64,000 bases of DNA from Mobula hypostoma (taxonomy: Eukaryota), in assembly GCF_963921235.1 (NCBI RefSeq), contig NC_086108.1, positions 9,548,001 to 9,612,000 on the forward strand, written 5' to 3'. Numbering within the stretch: position 1 is the stretch's first letter; each line of letters starts with the position of its first letter. A model generated the notes under the pieces. It saw only the letters and a list, made by a program, of their open reading frames with translations, did no database searches and was not told the DNA's origin. Of the stretch, positions 27,190-39,325 are shown piece by piece. A program made the translations under genes and the position numbers.

Positions 27190-29646
27190 CACTGGGCAAA
27201 TTTTTCAAAAGTGTTGCTTCAATTTTTTTTTGTTTCTTGAAGCTGAACATAAATAATTTCAGACTACTTGTATCACGTAGGAATTTAGAGAAACAAGCAA
27301 TTAACTTTTATTGAATAGCATGTGTTTAATTTTCTAACGGCACTGATGCTTCAACTAAGATAAAAATGTTTTGTTGATGATTTTTGTTTGTACTCGGTGT
27401 CTGAGGCTTCACGCTTAAAACAGCCAGCATTGATGGATTCCAGTTGCCCTGATACCGTTTCTCCATGACCGCAATGTCCTGGTGAAACCTTTCACCATGC
27501 TCGTCACTGACAGTGCCAAGATTTGCATCGAAGAAGTCTAAATGGGAATGCAGAAAATGAATCTTCAGTAACATGTTGCACTTCATGGTTTTGTATGGCT
27601 GAAGCATGTTGTCAACCAGCTGCAAGTAGTTTGGCGCTCTGCAGTTGTTATGTACCCCTAGAGTTCATATTTTCTGTGGACTATCACTTGGGGGGGGGAG
27701 AGGAAGGGGGGGGAGAGAGAGGGGGGAGAGAGAAGGGGGGGAGAGAGAAGGGGGAGAGAGAAGGGGGGGAGAGAGAAGGGGGGGAGAGAGAAGGGGGGAG
27801 AGAGAAGGGGGAGAGAGAAGGGGGGAGAGAGAAGGGGGGAGAGAGAGGGGGGGAGAGAAGGGGGGAGAGAGAAGGGGGAGAGAGAAGGGGGGGAGAGAGA
27901 AGGGGGGAGAGAGAAGGGGGGAGAGAGAAGGGGGGAGAGAAGGGGGGAGAGAGAAGGGGGGAGAGAGAAGGGGGAGAGAGAAGGGGGAGAGAGAAGGGGG
28001 AGAGAGAAGGGGGAGAGAGAAGGGGGAGAGAGAAGGGGGGAGAGAGAAGGGGGAGAGAGAAGGGGGAGAGAGAAGGGGGAGAGAGAAGGGGGAGAGAGAA
28101 GGGGGAGAGAGAAGGGGGGAGAGAGAAGGGGGAGAGAGAAGGGGGAGAGAGAAGGGGGAGAGAGAAGGGGGAGAGAGAAGGGGGAGAGAGAAGGGGGGAG
28201 AGAGAAGGGGGGAGAGAGAAGGGGGGAGAGAGAAGGGGGAGAGAGAAGGGGGAGAGAGAAGGGGGAGAGAGAAGGGGGAGAGAGAAGGGGGGAGAGAGAA
28301 GGGGGGAGAGAGAAGGGGGGAGAGAGAAGGGGGGAGAGAGAAGGGGGGAGAGAGAAGGGGGGAGAGAGAAGGGGGGAGAGAGAAGGGGGGAGAGAGAAGG
28401 GGGAGAGAGAAGGGGGAGAGAGAAGGGGGGAGAGAGAAGGGGGAGAGAGAAGGGGGGAGAGAGAAGGGGGGAGAGAGAAGGGGGGAGAGAGAGAGGGGGA
28501 GAGAGAAGGGGGAGAGAGAAGGGGGAGAGAGAAGGGGGAGAGAGAAGGGGGAGAGAGAAGGGGGGAGAGAGAAGGGGGGAGAGAGAAGGGGGAGAGAGAA
28601 GGGGGGAGAGAGAAGGGGGGAGAGAGAAGGGGGGAGAGAGAAGGGGGAGAGAGAAGGGGGAGAGAGAAGGGGGGAGAGAGAAGGGGGAGAGAGAAGGGGG
28701 GAGAGAGAAGGGGGGAGAGAGAAGGGGGAGAGAGAAGGGGGGAGAGAGAAGGGGGGAGAGAGAAGGGGGGAGAGAGAAGGGGGAGAGAGAAGGGGGAGAG
28801 AGAAGGGGGGAGAGAGAAGGGGGGAGAGAGAAGGGGGAGAGAGAAGGGGGAGAGAGAAGGGGGGAGAGAGAAGGGGGGAGAGAGAAGGGGGAGAGAGAAG
28901 GGGGAGAGAGAAGGGGGAGAGAGAAGGGGGAGAGAGAAGGGGGGAGAGAGAAGGGGGAGAGAAGGGGAGAGAGAAGGGGGAGAGAGAAGGGGGGTGAGAG
29001 AAGGGGGGAGAGAGAAGAGGGAGAGAAAAGGGGGAGAGAGAAGGGGGAGAGAGAAGGGGGAGAGAGAAGGGGGAGAGAGAAGGGGGGAGAGAGAAGGGGG
29101 AGAGAGAAGGGGGGAGAGAGAAGGGGGAGAGAGAAGGGGGAGAGAGAAGGGGGAGAGAGAAGGGGGAGAGAGAAGGGGGAGAGAGAAGGGGGGAGAGAGA
29201 AGGGGGAGAGAGAAGGGGGAGAGAGAAGGGGGAGAGAGAAGGGGGAGAGAGAAGGGGGGAGAGAGAAGGGGGAGAGAGAAGGGGGGAGAGAGAAGGGGGA
29301 GAGAGAAGGGGGGAGAGAGAAGGGGGGAGAGAGAAGGGGGGAGAGAGAAGGGGGGAGAGAGAAGGGGGGAGAGAGAAGGGGGGAGAGAGAAGGGGGGTAT
29401 TTGATAGACAATCGATGTTATGGTTTCTCTGCAGTGTGTTTACTTTTTACAAGGACAGTTACAGACACAGAGAAGCACATACTCAGAGTCAAGATGGATT
29501 CGATCAATGAAAGACACCAGTGAGTGAGGTCCTGGTTTAAACTTTCAGTAGCCTGGAAAGGGGTGAGTTAAGATCATGATCAGCACCCCAAAATCCTCAA
29601 GATACACCCAAAAATATTCAGGAAGCAAAATCTTCGCTGTCCAGTG
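27190..29646 (-). mobile_element. Chapaev3-like transposon interrupted by a purine satellite
   Basis: CACTGG at 27190 and CCAGTG ending at 29646, flanked by TAA/TAG. ORF 27625-27326 is near-identical to the 4047-4310 remnant. Confidence 0.75.
27690..29397 (+). repeat. 1.7-kb homopurine minisatellite (G5-6 AGAGAGAA)n, 13-14-bp unit
   Basis: Directly visible. All purine on the + strand except a T at ~28995. Confidence 0.98.
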
Positions 29647-30289
29647 TAGTTGGTCATGTGGGTGGGTGTGTGGTAGAAGCAAAGAGTTTTAGTTACATTT
29701 TCATGCTTTTGTCTTTAGTTCTGTTGAGCTAAGGCAGTGAACTAGAGGTGATTTTTTTGCTTAGTGCTTAATTTATGCTTACAATTGCTTCAGTTAGCTT
29801 AATTACTTCAAAAAAAGCTTAAATATGTTTAGTACACTAAGACTATTTTGGTATATCACTAGTTTTAGCTTCATTAGTTTTTAAATTGTTCCAAGATTGT
29901 TTTGCTAGTTTCTGAATAAAGGATTCAGCGTATTCTTCAATTTTGGAGCCTTGTTATCGGATTGGATCAAAGACGCATCACATAGAATTACCCCCCTCCC
30001 CCACCCATCAAGCGGTGTCGGTTTGTTCTCACCACCTACTCATCAATGGTACAACCTCAGCCTTGCACTCGATGTGAGCAGGACCAAGGAACTAACCGGT
30101 GGCAGGGGGAGGAGGTAGACTCCCATGTATTCAAGATCTGCCCTGGGTCCAACACATTGATTCAATAATGAAGAAGCCACACTAGCAGCTCTACGTCATT
30201 AACAGTTGGAGAAAATATGGTACATCACCAAGAACTTGCAAGCTTCTATAGATGTATGGTGAAGAGCATTTTGACTGTTTGCATGTCGG

Positions 30290-30850
30290 CTTGGACTGAG
30301 GTTCTTTAACATCTGCCGGACGATGCTGAGGATGTTCTACAAGTCTGTGGAGGCCAGTGCCATCATATTTGCTGTTGTGTGTTGGGGCAGCAGGCTGAGG
30401 ATAGCAGACACCAACAGAATCAACAAACTCATTCGTAAGGCCAGTGATGTTGTGGGGATGGAACTGGACTCTCTGACGGTGGTGTCTGAAAAGAGGATGC
30501 TGTCCAAGTTGCATGCCATCTTGGTCAATGTCTCCCATCCACTACATAATGTACTGGGTGGGCACAGGAGTACATTCAGCCAGAGATTCATTCCACCGAG
30601 ATGCAACACAGAGCGTCATAGGAAGTCATTCCTGTCTGTGGCCATCAAACTTTACAACTCCTCCCTTGGAGGGTCAGACACCCTGAGCCAATAGGCTGGT
30701 CCTGGACTTATTTCATAATTTACTGGCAGAATTTACATATTACTATTTAACTATTTATGGTTCTATTACTATTTATTATTTATGGTGCAACTGTAATGAA
30801 AACCAATCTCCCCCTGGGATCAATGAAGTATGACTATGACTATGACTATA
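30290..30850 (+). mobile_element. Young Rex1/Babar-like LINE 3' fragment nested in an older Rex1-like copy
   Basis: Open ORF MLRMFYKSVEASAIIFAVVCWG...RKSFLSVAIKLYN and (TATGAC)n tail. Confidence 0.8.
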
Positions 30851-31105
30851 GATGTTCCAATGTACAAGATCAGAAGAGGCTGCAGATGGTTGTAGACTCA
30901 GCCAGCGCCATCACAAACACAACCCTCCCCACCAATGAGGTCATCTCCAACAGGCCATGTCTCAAGACCGAAGCATCCATCATTAAGGGCCCCCACCACG
31001 TAGCACATGCCCTCTTCTCGTTACTACTACTCACTGATTCAGGAAAGCTTCTTCCTTTCTGTCAGATTTCTGAATGGCCCATGAACACCATCTCCTTTTC
31101 CTTTG

Positions 31106-31675
31106 TGTAGGGTTCTCAGTAATACTCATCGTAATGTTAATTGTTAAGGCTGACAAAATGGCTTCTCTGTACTGTTAACTGCTGAGTAAGGGGTTCTCTG
31201 TAGCAGCATGTTTGGGTTATAATTAGTGATAATGGGACTTGTATTCATTTGCTAGCCAATGGAAGTCATGTTATTCTATCTGTATGTGCAGGAACCGGAG
31301 GAGAAGTGCGGGCTTTTGGTCGAGGAGAAGAGGTCGGACGTGAGTCGAGCGCTCTGGTAGATCACCGGGAGTGATCCCAGCTGAGGGTCGATGGAGTTCA
31401 GAGGATATCGACGGGAGGAACGGATACGGAATTTCGTGAACTCCAACGAATTATTTGTGCACAAAATTTATTGATTTGGCGCCTTTATTTTATTTGTTTC
31501 CACTAACCCATCACTGAGAAATCATTATAAAGTGTAATCATTTACTTGCCTATTGTGTACTGACTGATATTTTATGTCGTGGGCTTGTACCAGGGTGCGA
31601 TCACACAGTATCCACACCAACGCGATTACAGAGTTGGCGGGGTCAACGGCAGTCAATTGGGGCACAGTCGCTACA
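31106..31675. mobile_element. Solo LTR (570 bp)
   Basis: TGTAG...CTACA inverted termini with 4-bp TSD TTTG (31102-05, 31676-79), inside a Rex1-like 3' UTR. Confidence 0.7.
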
Positions 31676-32345
31676 TTTGCACTGTTTCGTAATTTATAGT
31701 AATTTTTGTCTTTGCATTAATTTCACATCCTATACAACAGTGATAATAAATCTGATTCAGATATGACAACTGCTCTGCCCATGACTACATAAAACTGCGC
31801 AGTGCTCGAAGACATGCAGAACTGTGAATGCTACAGCACAGTGCAGGCCCTTTGGCCCATGACATTGTGTTGACCTTTTAATCTACTCTAAAATTAATCT
31901 AACCTTTCCCTCCTGCGTAACCCTACATTTTCCTATTACTCATGTGCCTTTCTAAGAGTCTCTTAAATGTCCCTAATGTATCTGCCTCTACCACCATCTC
32001 TGGCAGGGAATTCTATGCACCCACCAGTCCCTGTGTTAAAAACAAAACTTACCTGACAACCCCGCTGTATCTTCCTCCAATCACCTTAAAGTTATGACCC
32101 CCTGTATTAGCCACTTCCACCGTGCAAAAAAGTCTCTAGCCATCCACTCTATGCCTCTTACCTTGTACACCTCTATTAAGTCACCTCTCAGAGAGGAAAG
32201 CCCTAGCTCATTTAACCTACCCTTATGAGACATGCTCTCTAATCCAGGCAGCATCCTGGCAAATCTCCTCTGCACTCTCTCTAAAGCTTCCACATCCTTC
32301 ATTCCTGTAATAACATCACAGCACATCATGAAAAGCAGCCTCCCC

Positions 32346-32651
32346 CGGGCCGGCTGGTGGCGCAATGACATCAGTGCCGGACTCTGGAACGGCGGTTCCC
32401 GGGTTCAAGCCCAGTCGGGGCCACTCCCAAGTACACTTTCCATCCATGCTGGGTTGAGTGTCGAGATCGCAACTTGACCTCGTAAAATAAAGGGAAAAAT
32501 ACTGCAAACTGTCTGTGTGAGGAGTGGCACGCAACACAGTCTCTCTCTCTCGCTTTGTGCCTTGTAAAGGCATGAAAAAGACATCGTACTGCCAACATCA
32601 CACACGCACGCAGACGCACAGATGCACATGCACACACATGCCAAAACAAAA
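32346..32651 (+). mobile_element. tRNA-derived SINE (second family)
   Basis: Box A TGGCGCAATG, box B GGTTCAAGCCC, (CA/CG)-rich then A-rich tail. Perfect 16-bp TSD GAAAAGCAGCCTCCCC (32330-45, 32652-67). Confidence 0.8.
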
Positions 32652-33359
32652 GAAAAGCAGCCTCCCCGTCATGGACTCTGTCTTCACTTCTTGCTACCTC
32701 AGTAGAGTTACCAGCATTAAAAACCCCACCAACCCCCAGACATTGTTTCTTCCCCCCCACCCTTCATCGAGTGGAAGATTAAAAGCTTGACAGTGAATAC
32801 AGTTCTACCACACTGTCATAAGACTCTTGAACGGTTCCCAAGAGTGATAAGGTGGACTCTCAACATCAATCTACCTCCTATAAGACCAATATAGGAAGCA
32901 GAATTAGACCATTTGGCCATCAAGTCTGCTCCACCATTTCATCATGGCTGATCCATTTCCCTCTCAGGTCCAATTTCCTATAAGACCCCATGGCCTTATT
33001 ATGCAATCTTATTGTTTTAAGATGCATTACCTCAATGCATCACTGTAATGAATTGATCTGCGTGAATGGTGCACAAATCAAGATTTCCTTCAATGTACTT
33101 CAGTAATTAACCAATTTTCCACACCTGCTTGCCCTTCCAGCTTAATTGTTTCCAGGATCCTCTTTCAGCTTATGGACAGTTCCCAGGAAGTGAACCCTTA
33201 TCATATTTGGGAAATTCCCGTATCAAGTTAACTACTACTTTCCAATTTTAATTATCTGTTTACCACATTAAAGCATGTCGATCTAGTTTATCATCAACAT
33301 AAATGTGCATATTAACTACAAAATAAAGGAAAGACGAGACAAAATAAAATTATTAGGCT

Positions 33360-34412
33360 TATGCAACATACACAAAATGCTGGAGGAACACAGCAGGTCA
33401 GACAGCATCTATGGAGAGGAATAAACAGAAGGGAGAAAGGAAGGGGAATATACCAGATAAGGAAGGTGAGTGGAGAGGAAGGAGGAAGGCTGGAAAGTGA
33501 TTGGTGAAGCCAGGTGGGTGGGAAAAAGTCAAGAGCTGGAGAGGAAGGAATCTGATAGGAGAGAAGAGCAGACCATAGGATAAAGGGAAAGGGGAACCAC
33601 GAGGGAAGCAACAGGTAGATGAGAAGCAGAAGGTCAGAGTGGGCAATAGATGGGGGAGGAGGAGGGAATGGGGGTAATTTTTTATTGGAAGGATAATTTG
33701 ATGTTCATGCCATTAGGTTGAAGGATACCCATACAGAATACACAGTGTTGCTCTTCCACCCTGAGGGTGGCCTCATCTTGGCAAAAGAGGCGGCCACAGA
33801 GCGACATGTCAGTAAGGGAGTGAGAATGGGAATTAAAATGTTTGACCACGGGGAAGTCCTGGTTGTGGCAGATGGTACAGAAGTGCTCAACGAAGCATTC
33901 TCTTAATTTATGAAAGGTCACCAATGTAGAGGAGGCCGCTGGAAGCACCGGACACAATCAACAACCCCAGTTGATTCGCAGGTGACTGTTTGGGGTCCTG
34001 AATGGAGGTGAGGGAGGCGGTATATGGGCAGGTGTACACTTAGGCTAATTGCAGGGATAAGTGCTGGAAGGGAGCGATCCCTGCTGAAAGCGGGTGCGGA
34101 GGGGGGCAGAGAGGTAAAGATACATTTAGTGGTAGGGTCCTTTTGAAGATGATGAAAGTTGTGGAGGATAATGTTTTTGATCCGGAGGCTGATAGGGTGG
34201 TATGCAAGGTCAAGAGAGACTCCATCACTATTATCACAACAGGAAGATAGGGTGAGTGCAGATATATGGGAAATGAAGAAGATACGGGCGAGGGCAGCAT
34301 CAACAGGAGGGAAACCTTGTTCTTTAGAAGAGGAGGACATCTCTGATATCCCGGAATGGAAAGCTACATCCTGAGAACACATGCAGCGGAAGCGAAGAAA
34401 CTGACAAAAGGA
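33360..34412 (-). mobile_element. Decayed Penelope-like 3' fragment
   Basis: Frameshifted homology to the 21.2-22.1 kb copy (CSQDVAFHS, HFNSHSH, EEQH..F.MG.LQPNGMNI). Confidence 0.8.
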
Positions 34413-36676
34413 ATTCGGGTTATGATTGACACCCAGAAGGTTTTGTATGAAGATAAATGTCAGGAGCTACACACATCAAGGACAAAGCACTGATCATTAT
34501 AATGAATAATCAAAAAGCAAAACATAATATGCAGAACTGTTCACAATTTTACAAGGAACTGGAGTACAACACTTGAAAATATTTTCAATTACAACTACCT
34601 CACTAGCATTGAAGGCTTGAAATTAGTTTGCACAAACTTGTTTAGTGTTAAATTCTAGTTTTTTCCCCGACATCTGCATTAATTTCATTGGATTTAAACT
34701 AGATCCCCATTTCAAAAAGAAATAAAAACTTGAATAATTTGCCACCTGACTATTTGGAAAACACTGATTCCCACGCTCCCCAGTACTAAAGTACTAAACT
34801 TTAAATACCTCGGTGTTATTTCGGAGAATCTATCCTGGGCCCAGAAAGCAAGTGTAATTGCAAAGAAAGCACAGCAGTACATCTACTTCCTTAGGAGTTT
34901 ATGGAGATTTGGCATGAGATCTAAAGCTTTGACAAACTTCTATAGTGTAGTGGAGAGTATACTGACTAGCTGCATCCTAGTCTGGTATGGAAACACCAAT
35001 GCCCTTGAAAGAAAAATCCTACAAAAAGTAGTGGATACGGCCCAGACCATCACAGGCAAGCCCTCCCCACTACCGAATACATCTACATGAAACACTATCG
35101 TAGGAAAACAGCATCCATCATCAGGGATCCTCACTACTCAGGTCATGCTCTCTTCTTGCTGCTGCGATCAGGAAGAAGGTACAAGAGCCTCAGGACTCGC
35201 TCCACTAGATTCAGGAACACTTATTACCCTTCAACCATCAGGCTCTTGAATCAAAAGGGATGAGTTCACTTTCCCCATCACTGAAATGTTCCCACAGCCA
35301 ATAAACTCAGTTTCAAGGCTCTTCCTTTCATGTTCCTGATATCTATTGCTTATTTATTATTTCTTTTTTTTTGTACTTGCAGTTTGTTGTCTTCTACATT
35401 CTGGATGAATGCCCAAAATGACTCTGTCATGGTTATTATTTGATAGATTTTCTTCTGGGCATAATAAATGAAGTTTACTTTAAACTTACTGGGGCCCACA
35501 CTAATTTTAAACTTACTAGGCGCACCAGAAAGTAATGTGTAATATCAAAAAAAAAGTCAATTAAAAATATTTCGAGTATACTAGTACATCCATTAGTCTG
35601 GAAAATCTTCCAGTCTGGAATCAAATTTGCCAGTGCCCTAAATCAGAGTTATACTGTACTAAGATCAGAGAAACCAGTTACAACTTTTCTCAAGAGGGCT
35701 CTTGACAGAGCAAGGGTGCCCAACCTAGGGACCACAGATCCCTCAGATAATGGTACAGGTCCATAGCATAAAAAGGCTGGATCCCCTGTCTTAGAGGAAG
35801 AGGTAAGAAGCTTTCTTTAGAAGAATTGATCAGGTTCTTCTCTGACATCTGCAGTTATTACAGTCCCCTAGTTTTAAATCACCAGATGGTAAAGTGCTAG
35901 AATTCTGGCCTACTATTATGTCCTTTAACTCTAGGTGTAGGACTCTAAACTTTTCCAACCTGAGTACTAATAACATAGCAATGACTGAAAAGAGAATGTT
36001 TCCACTTCACAGGGGATCCCAACCTTTTTTTTTTAACGCCATGGACCCCTATCGTTAATCGAAGGGTCTGTAAACCCAAGGCCGGGAACCCCTGAGAACC
36101 CATGGGAAGAGAAAAAAGGTTAATTTTTCAGGACCATGATATTTCCACCATCAGGTTATCAACTAAGAGAGGGTGTAAAAGTAGCTTACCAGGATGCTGC
36201 CTGGTTCAGATGGCACGTGCTATCATGAGAGGCTGGATAAATCTCCATTGTTTTCTTGGGAGTACTGAAAACTGAGGGGAGATCTGATAGAGGTTCGTAA
36301 GAGGCATAAGTAGAGAGGACAGAGAGTATCTGTTTCCCAGGGTTGAACTATCTAATACCAGAGGGCATGCATTGAAGGTGAGAGGGGGTAGGTTCAAAGG
36401 GGTTGTGAGGGGTAAGTTCTTTACTCAGAGTGGTGGATGGCTGGAATGCGCTGCCCAATATGGTGGTAGAGGCAAATACATGAGAGGTTTTTAAGAGACA
36501 TTTGGATAGGCACATGAATATAAGGAACATAGAGGGATATGCACATGGTATAGGTATGAAGCATTAATGTTCGGGTGTTTTTGATTTACTTTTTAGCCTG
36601 TTCCTGTGCTGTATGACACAAACTCCATTAATACCTTTCCTCTTGATGAGCTTTTCCAGATTACCAACCTCTACAG

Positions 36677-36758
36677 CAGGGGTTCCCAACCTGGGGTTCA
36701 CAGACCCTTGGTTAATGGTACGAGTCCATGGCATAAAAAAAAAGATTGGGAACCCTTG
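36677..36758. mobile_element. hAT (Charlie-like) ~80-bp MITE
   Basis: Same TIRs; TSD CTCTACAG/CTCTATGG. Confidence 0.75.
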
Positions 36759-37344
36759 CTCTATGGTATTTTACTCCTTTCAACAGAAAAACCTTAAATT
36801 TTACTTTTAAAAAAACAAGCCAAATAAAGGTCTAAAAGTATGTCAACTAACACTCAGTTGCAATACTGTTACCCAAGTGAGGTAGTCAAATTTCAAATAA
36901 ACACTAGGATGTTGAGCTCACAAACCAACTTGTCAGTTCTGCACTGCATGGAACTGGCAAACTGTCATCTTCTCACACCCCAAAGATGTGCAGGTTAGTA
37001 ACTTCATTGGCCACTATAAATTGCTCTCTACAGTCAGTGAGCAGTAGAATCCTGGGAAAGTATGGAGGATGTCAGGAGAATTAAAGTATGAATGTATGAT
37101 GGGATGTTAGTGAGAGCAGAATGTGGGACATGGGACTGTTTCGAAACTGTATTTCTATTACAAAAATGTTGACAGATTTCTGAACTTTACAGCCTTTCCC
37201 ACTGCCTCCCATTAAATGCAGAGGAGCTCCCTCTCCCCTCCGCCACATTAGTAACTACAGTATACATAGAAAAAAAAGTTCTCCATGATAAACCCACACC
37301 ATAGTGAAACCTTTGGGCTGGGAAGAGCTGTTAAAAATATAATC

Positions 37345-37952
37345 ACAAGAAAGTCTTCAGATGCTGGAACACTAGAGCAACACACACAAAACGCTGGAGT
37401 AACTCAGCAGGTCAGGGAAAATCTATGGAAATGAATAGACAGTCAACGTTTCAGGCCTAAACCCTTCTTCAGGACTGAGAAGGAAGGGGAAAAGACACCA
37501 GAATAAAAAGCTGAGGGGAAGGAAAGGAGGCTAAGAAGAAGGTGAAGGTGAGGGTGGGAAAGGCTGAAGAGGAAGGAATCTGATGAGAGGAAATTGGACC
37601 ACAGGAGAAAGGGAAGGAGGATGGGACTCGGGGGACAGGCAGGTGAAAAGAAGTGAAAGGTTAGAGTGGGAATAGAGGGGGGTGGGATTAATTCTTTTTA
37701 ACTGGAAGGTGGTCGATACTCATGCCACCAGGTTGGAGGCTATCCAGATAGAATATAAGGTGTCGCTTCACAGCCCTGAGGGTGGCCTCATCTTGACACA
37801 AGAGGAGGCCATGGACCGGCATGTCAGAACGGGAATGCGAATTGGAATTAAAATGTTTGGGAAGTCCCGCTTGAGGTGGATGGAGCGGAGGTGCTCGACA
37901 AAGCAGTCCCCCAATTTACATCGGGTTTCACCAAAGTAGAGGAGGCCGCATC
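37345..37952 (-). mobile_element. Penelope-like 3' fragment with terminal repeat
   Basis: Similar to 20851-21510; carries the hammerhead at 37440-37477. Confidence 0.8.
37440..37477 (-). ncRNA. Minimal hammerhead ribozyme motif (Penelope-associated)
   Basis: CAGUC CUGAAGA AGG GUUUAGG CCU GAAA C GUU GACUG: perfect 5-bp stem I and intact core. Confidence 0.7.
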
Positions 37953-39066
37953 AGGATAGCCTGTTTTCATTTCCCCCTCCAAACAGACTACAGTATTCAA
38001 GCAGTATGTCAACACTGTCCATTCCATGAGATGTCCCACACTCAACATGCCAGTAAAGGGATAGCTCTGAGTTCCGTAGCTCAGTGAGGAGTGGATGCAT
38101 TACTTGACCCAAAGTAGTCTTTGGGGTTCTGCAAGTCTGTGTCTTTATTGATGTTTTGCTGCACACTTGAGTGCTCGGTGGGAGGTGCTGATGCCTTTTT
38201 GCAGGTGGGGGAGGGGGGTTTGCTGCTTTGCTGCTGCTTGTGCGTGGAAGGGGGAGCTGGGGGAGGGGCTTTGGGGTTCTAACATTTGACTGTCATTCAT
38301 TCTTTAGGGCACTCCTCTGTTTTTGTGAATGTTTGTGAAGAAAAGGAACTTCAGGATGTATATTGTGTGACAAATGTACCTATTGAAACCAAACCAACAA
38401 CAACCTCTCAGGGAACCACCTTAAAATAAGTCATGGGGCAACTAATGGCAGAAGGGATCTTGGTAGAGGGCAGCGATGTGTGCCAAGAAAACCACCAGTG
38501 ACATACCTGCTATGACGATCCTTTTTTTTTAAAATTTTAATTCTAGCAGCTCTCCAGTTCCTGAGGACACATCCCAGGTTAGCAGTGATTACAAATTGCC
38601 CATTATATCCTGAAGGTGCAACAGCAAATACAGCTTAAATTTCACTTTTCTGACCAGAAATTGCATTAGGACCACCTGACCTTATAAAAGAGCACTGTAG
38701 AAATTGCACAAGCAAATAAAAACAGATGCCGGAAATCCAAAATAGACTGAAGGGTTGGCACTTCAGTGGGACTGGCAGCATCTGTCACAAACGGAGCAAA
38801 CACCACGAGGCGGTGACCTCCCATCAAAAGGTCACCATCCCACAGGGGTCGCATTGTGGGTCAATTCACAGCGATCAGACAGGGGGATCCAGTAGCCCAG
38901 TGCAGCGGCTGTTTCACTGCCTGCCTTGATCAATCTTTCCAGGATCTTCTGTCATTTTTTCTATTGAAATGCATAGTTTTAAAAGCTTTAAATAGTATGA
39001 ATAATGTCCTTATTGCAGTAGAGGATAATGCTTTATCAGTGATCTGGCTGATAAAACAGGACAATC

Positions 39067-39200
39067 AATCACTGTATTTATTTGATTATTAATACACAAT
39101 GTTGAACTTTAAATCCCAGTTTGAAAAAGAAGAAATCACTGTATTTATTTGATTATTAATACACAATGTTGAACTTTAAATCCCAGTTTGAAAAAGAAGA
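39067..39200 (+). repeat. Perfect 67-bp tandem duplication
   Basis: 39067-39133 is identical to 39134-39200. Confidence 0.95.
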
Positions 39201-39325
39201 ATTCATTGTACAATTCCTTGTTCTCCTGTAACCTGGACATCACTCTAGATCCATGCCTGGAAACTGCAAAGCACAACCTGAGTACCCAATGCTGAGTGGG
39301 TCAACCACACAAAGCCATTTGACAT

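Noticed and set aside
27523..29523. Long ORFs of 666, 450 and 575 aa (G/E/R/K-rich and P/S/L-rich)
   Set aside because: Artefacts of a purine-only satellite that cannot contain stop codons.
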